A DNA stretch of 63,857 nt, filler included, from Sluysia triapertura (lineage: Eukaryota): NCBI GenBank assembly GCA_046118255.1. It is 4 parts of 4 records of this genome, joined end to end, with 100 filler letters (N's around TTAATTAATTAA, not from the genome) between each part and the next. Parts side by side here need not be neighbours in the genome. Positions count along the whole stretch, not along the records: positions 52,023 to 63,857 come from JBJNIA010165592.1; 3 more parts are not named here. The stretch is one strand, 5' to 3'. The notes under the pieces were generated by a model. That model was not told the origin of the DNA, did not search any database, and saw only the letters and a program-made list of their open reading frames with translations. The position numbers were made by a program, and so were the translations under genes. Positions 62,895 through 63,857 of the stretch are shown here, one piece after another (within the stretch, counting starts at the first letter, position 1; each line of letters opens with the position of its first letter).

Positions 62895-63589
62895 AATAGG
62901 GTTAGGCGTAACCCCCAAAAGTAACCAAACTGCAAACTTAAATAAAAATTTGATCTCAAAATCGACAAATGTAATTTCTTCTTTTATATTATTTTATGTT
63001 ACCTTCGCTATTATTCATTAGTCTTCGGAATGACTTTTGTTGCGTGATCTTATTGATTTTGTTCACACGTCATTGCTTGATTTTTGTTCAGAGTGCGCTT
63101 CTGGACCCTCATTCCTAAAAATGCAGCGAAGGACTTTAGATTTAAACGAACGTATCTTCGTTATTAAGAATTACTATTCTAGCTACAAGATTGGAAACTA
63201 AGTTCAGAACACCCGTACCGAGTAAGTATCCAAATTCGAAGTAACTCGAATTGTGTCAAATGATCCTAAAGAAGGTCGTCAGAAAACAGTTCGGTCACCT
63301 GAAAACAGGGATATATTTGTTCATTCTCATAAACAATCTACCTGCCAGACATCGAAAGAGCTGAACCTCATTCTACTGTATCTTGCATGACACTTGTCTA
63401 AAACCATACGGACATCATCTTCTTCATGCCCTAAATGAGGATGACTCAGATAAACTATTAGAATTTTGTGAAGAATCACCAGATTTTCCAGATGGCATCT
63501 TATGGAGTGATGAAGCTTGCTTCAAACTGAATGGGCATATTAACAGACACATTTGTGTTTATGGGGCGCTTTTGAAATTTTACAATTAA
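62895..63589 (+). mobile_element. Degenerate Tc1/mariner (DUF4817-HTH, Tc3-like) transposon, 5' part
   Basis: ERIFVIKNYY, KEGRQKTVRSPEN, LKPY..HLLHALNEDD...EFCE and ILWSDEACFKLNGHINRH; TAGGGT-type terminus near 62897. Confidence 0.85.
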
Positions 63590-63857
63590 TAAATTAATTT
63601 TATTTAATTTTAAATTTATGTTTAAAAGGTTTAAAATCTCCTTTGAGAAAAAAGCATTAACAATTAACTTTAAAACTACAACAATTTTTTTAACTATAAA
63701 ACCAGGCCTAATGCCTTTTAAAAGTAACAATTTTAACGGAACAATGACGAAATCTAAAAGTTAGAAATAGACACATAACCATAAATAAAAAATAGAATGC
63801 CAGTCTCCTAGTTAAAGTCAAGTCATCATCTCGTTTGATTGAATAGTTTGCAAACGT

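Overview
Very AT-rich, repeat-rich nuclear DNA from a metazoan, probably a fast-evolving invertebrate (innexin, GT-AG introns, a short TTAGGG tract). The window is a draft scaffold with five N-gaps, three containing an artificial TTAATTAATTAA spacer. Recognisable host genes: the last exon of MGAT2, the first exon of an innexin, a frameshifted CCDC93, a broken ERK5-like MAP kinase, a broken hillarin/KY-like transglutaminase-fold gene, and several orphan ORFs. TE debris includes Tc1/IS630, mariner-like, L2 LINE, gypsy protease and Penelope-like remnants. The most striking pattern is a cassette seen three times with identical order and orientation: a ~0.8-0.9 kb A/C-skewed element starting TGTRGTGRCCAA, an (AAT)n tract, an 18-bp inverted repeat (CCAYYATCAAYNNTGACA, 23-25 bp spacer) followed by CCAAT boxes, and then a different, lesion-riddled host-type gene each time. 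About 13 related TGT-headed elements occur, most with a co-oriented decayed coding region downstream. Also notable: a tRNA-derived ~100-bp element enclosed in TGTTAGAC...GTCTAACA inverted ends, a possible SL-RNA-like motif, a dispersed HSE-CCAAT-TATA module, and a 496-aa ORF fusing a membrane protein to a Penelope-like linker. All homology calls are by eye from remembered family motifs; no searches were run.
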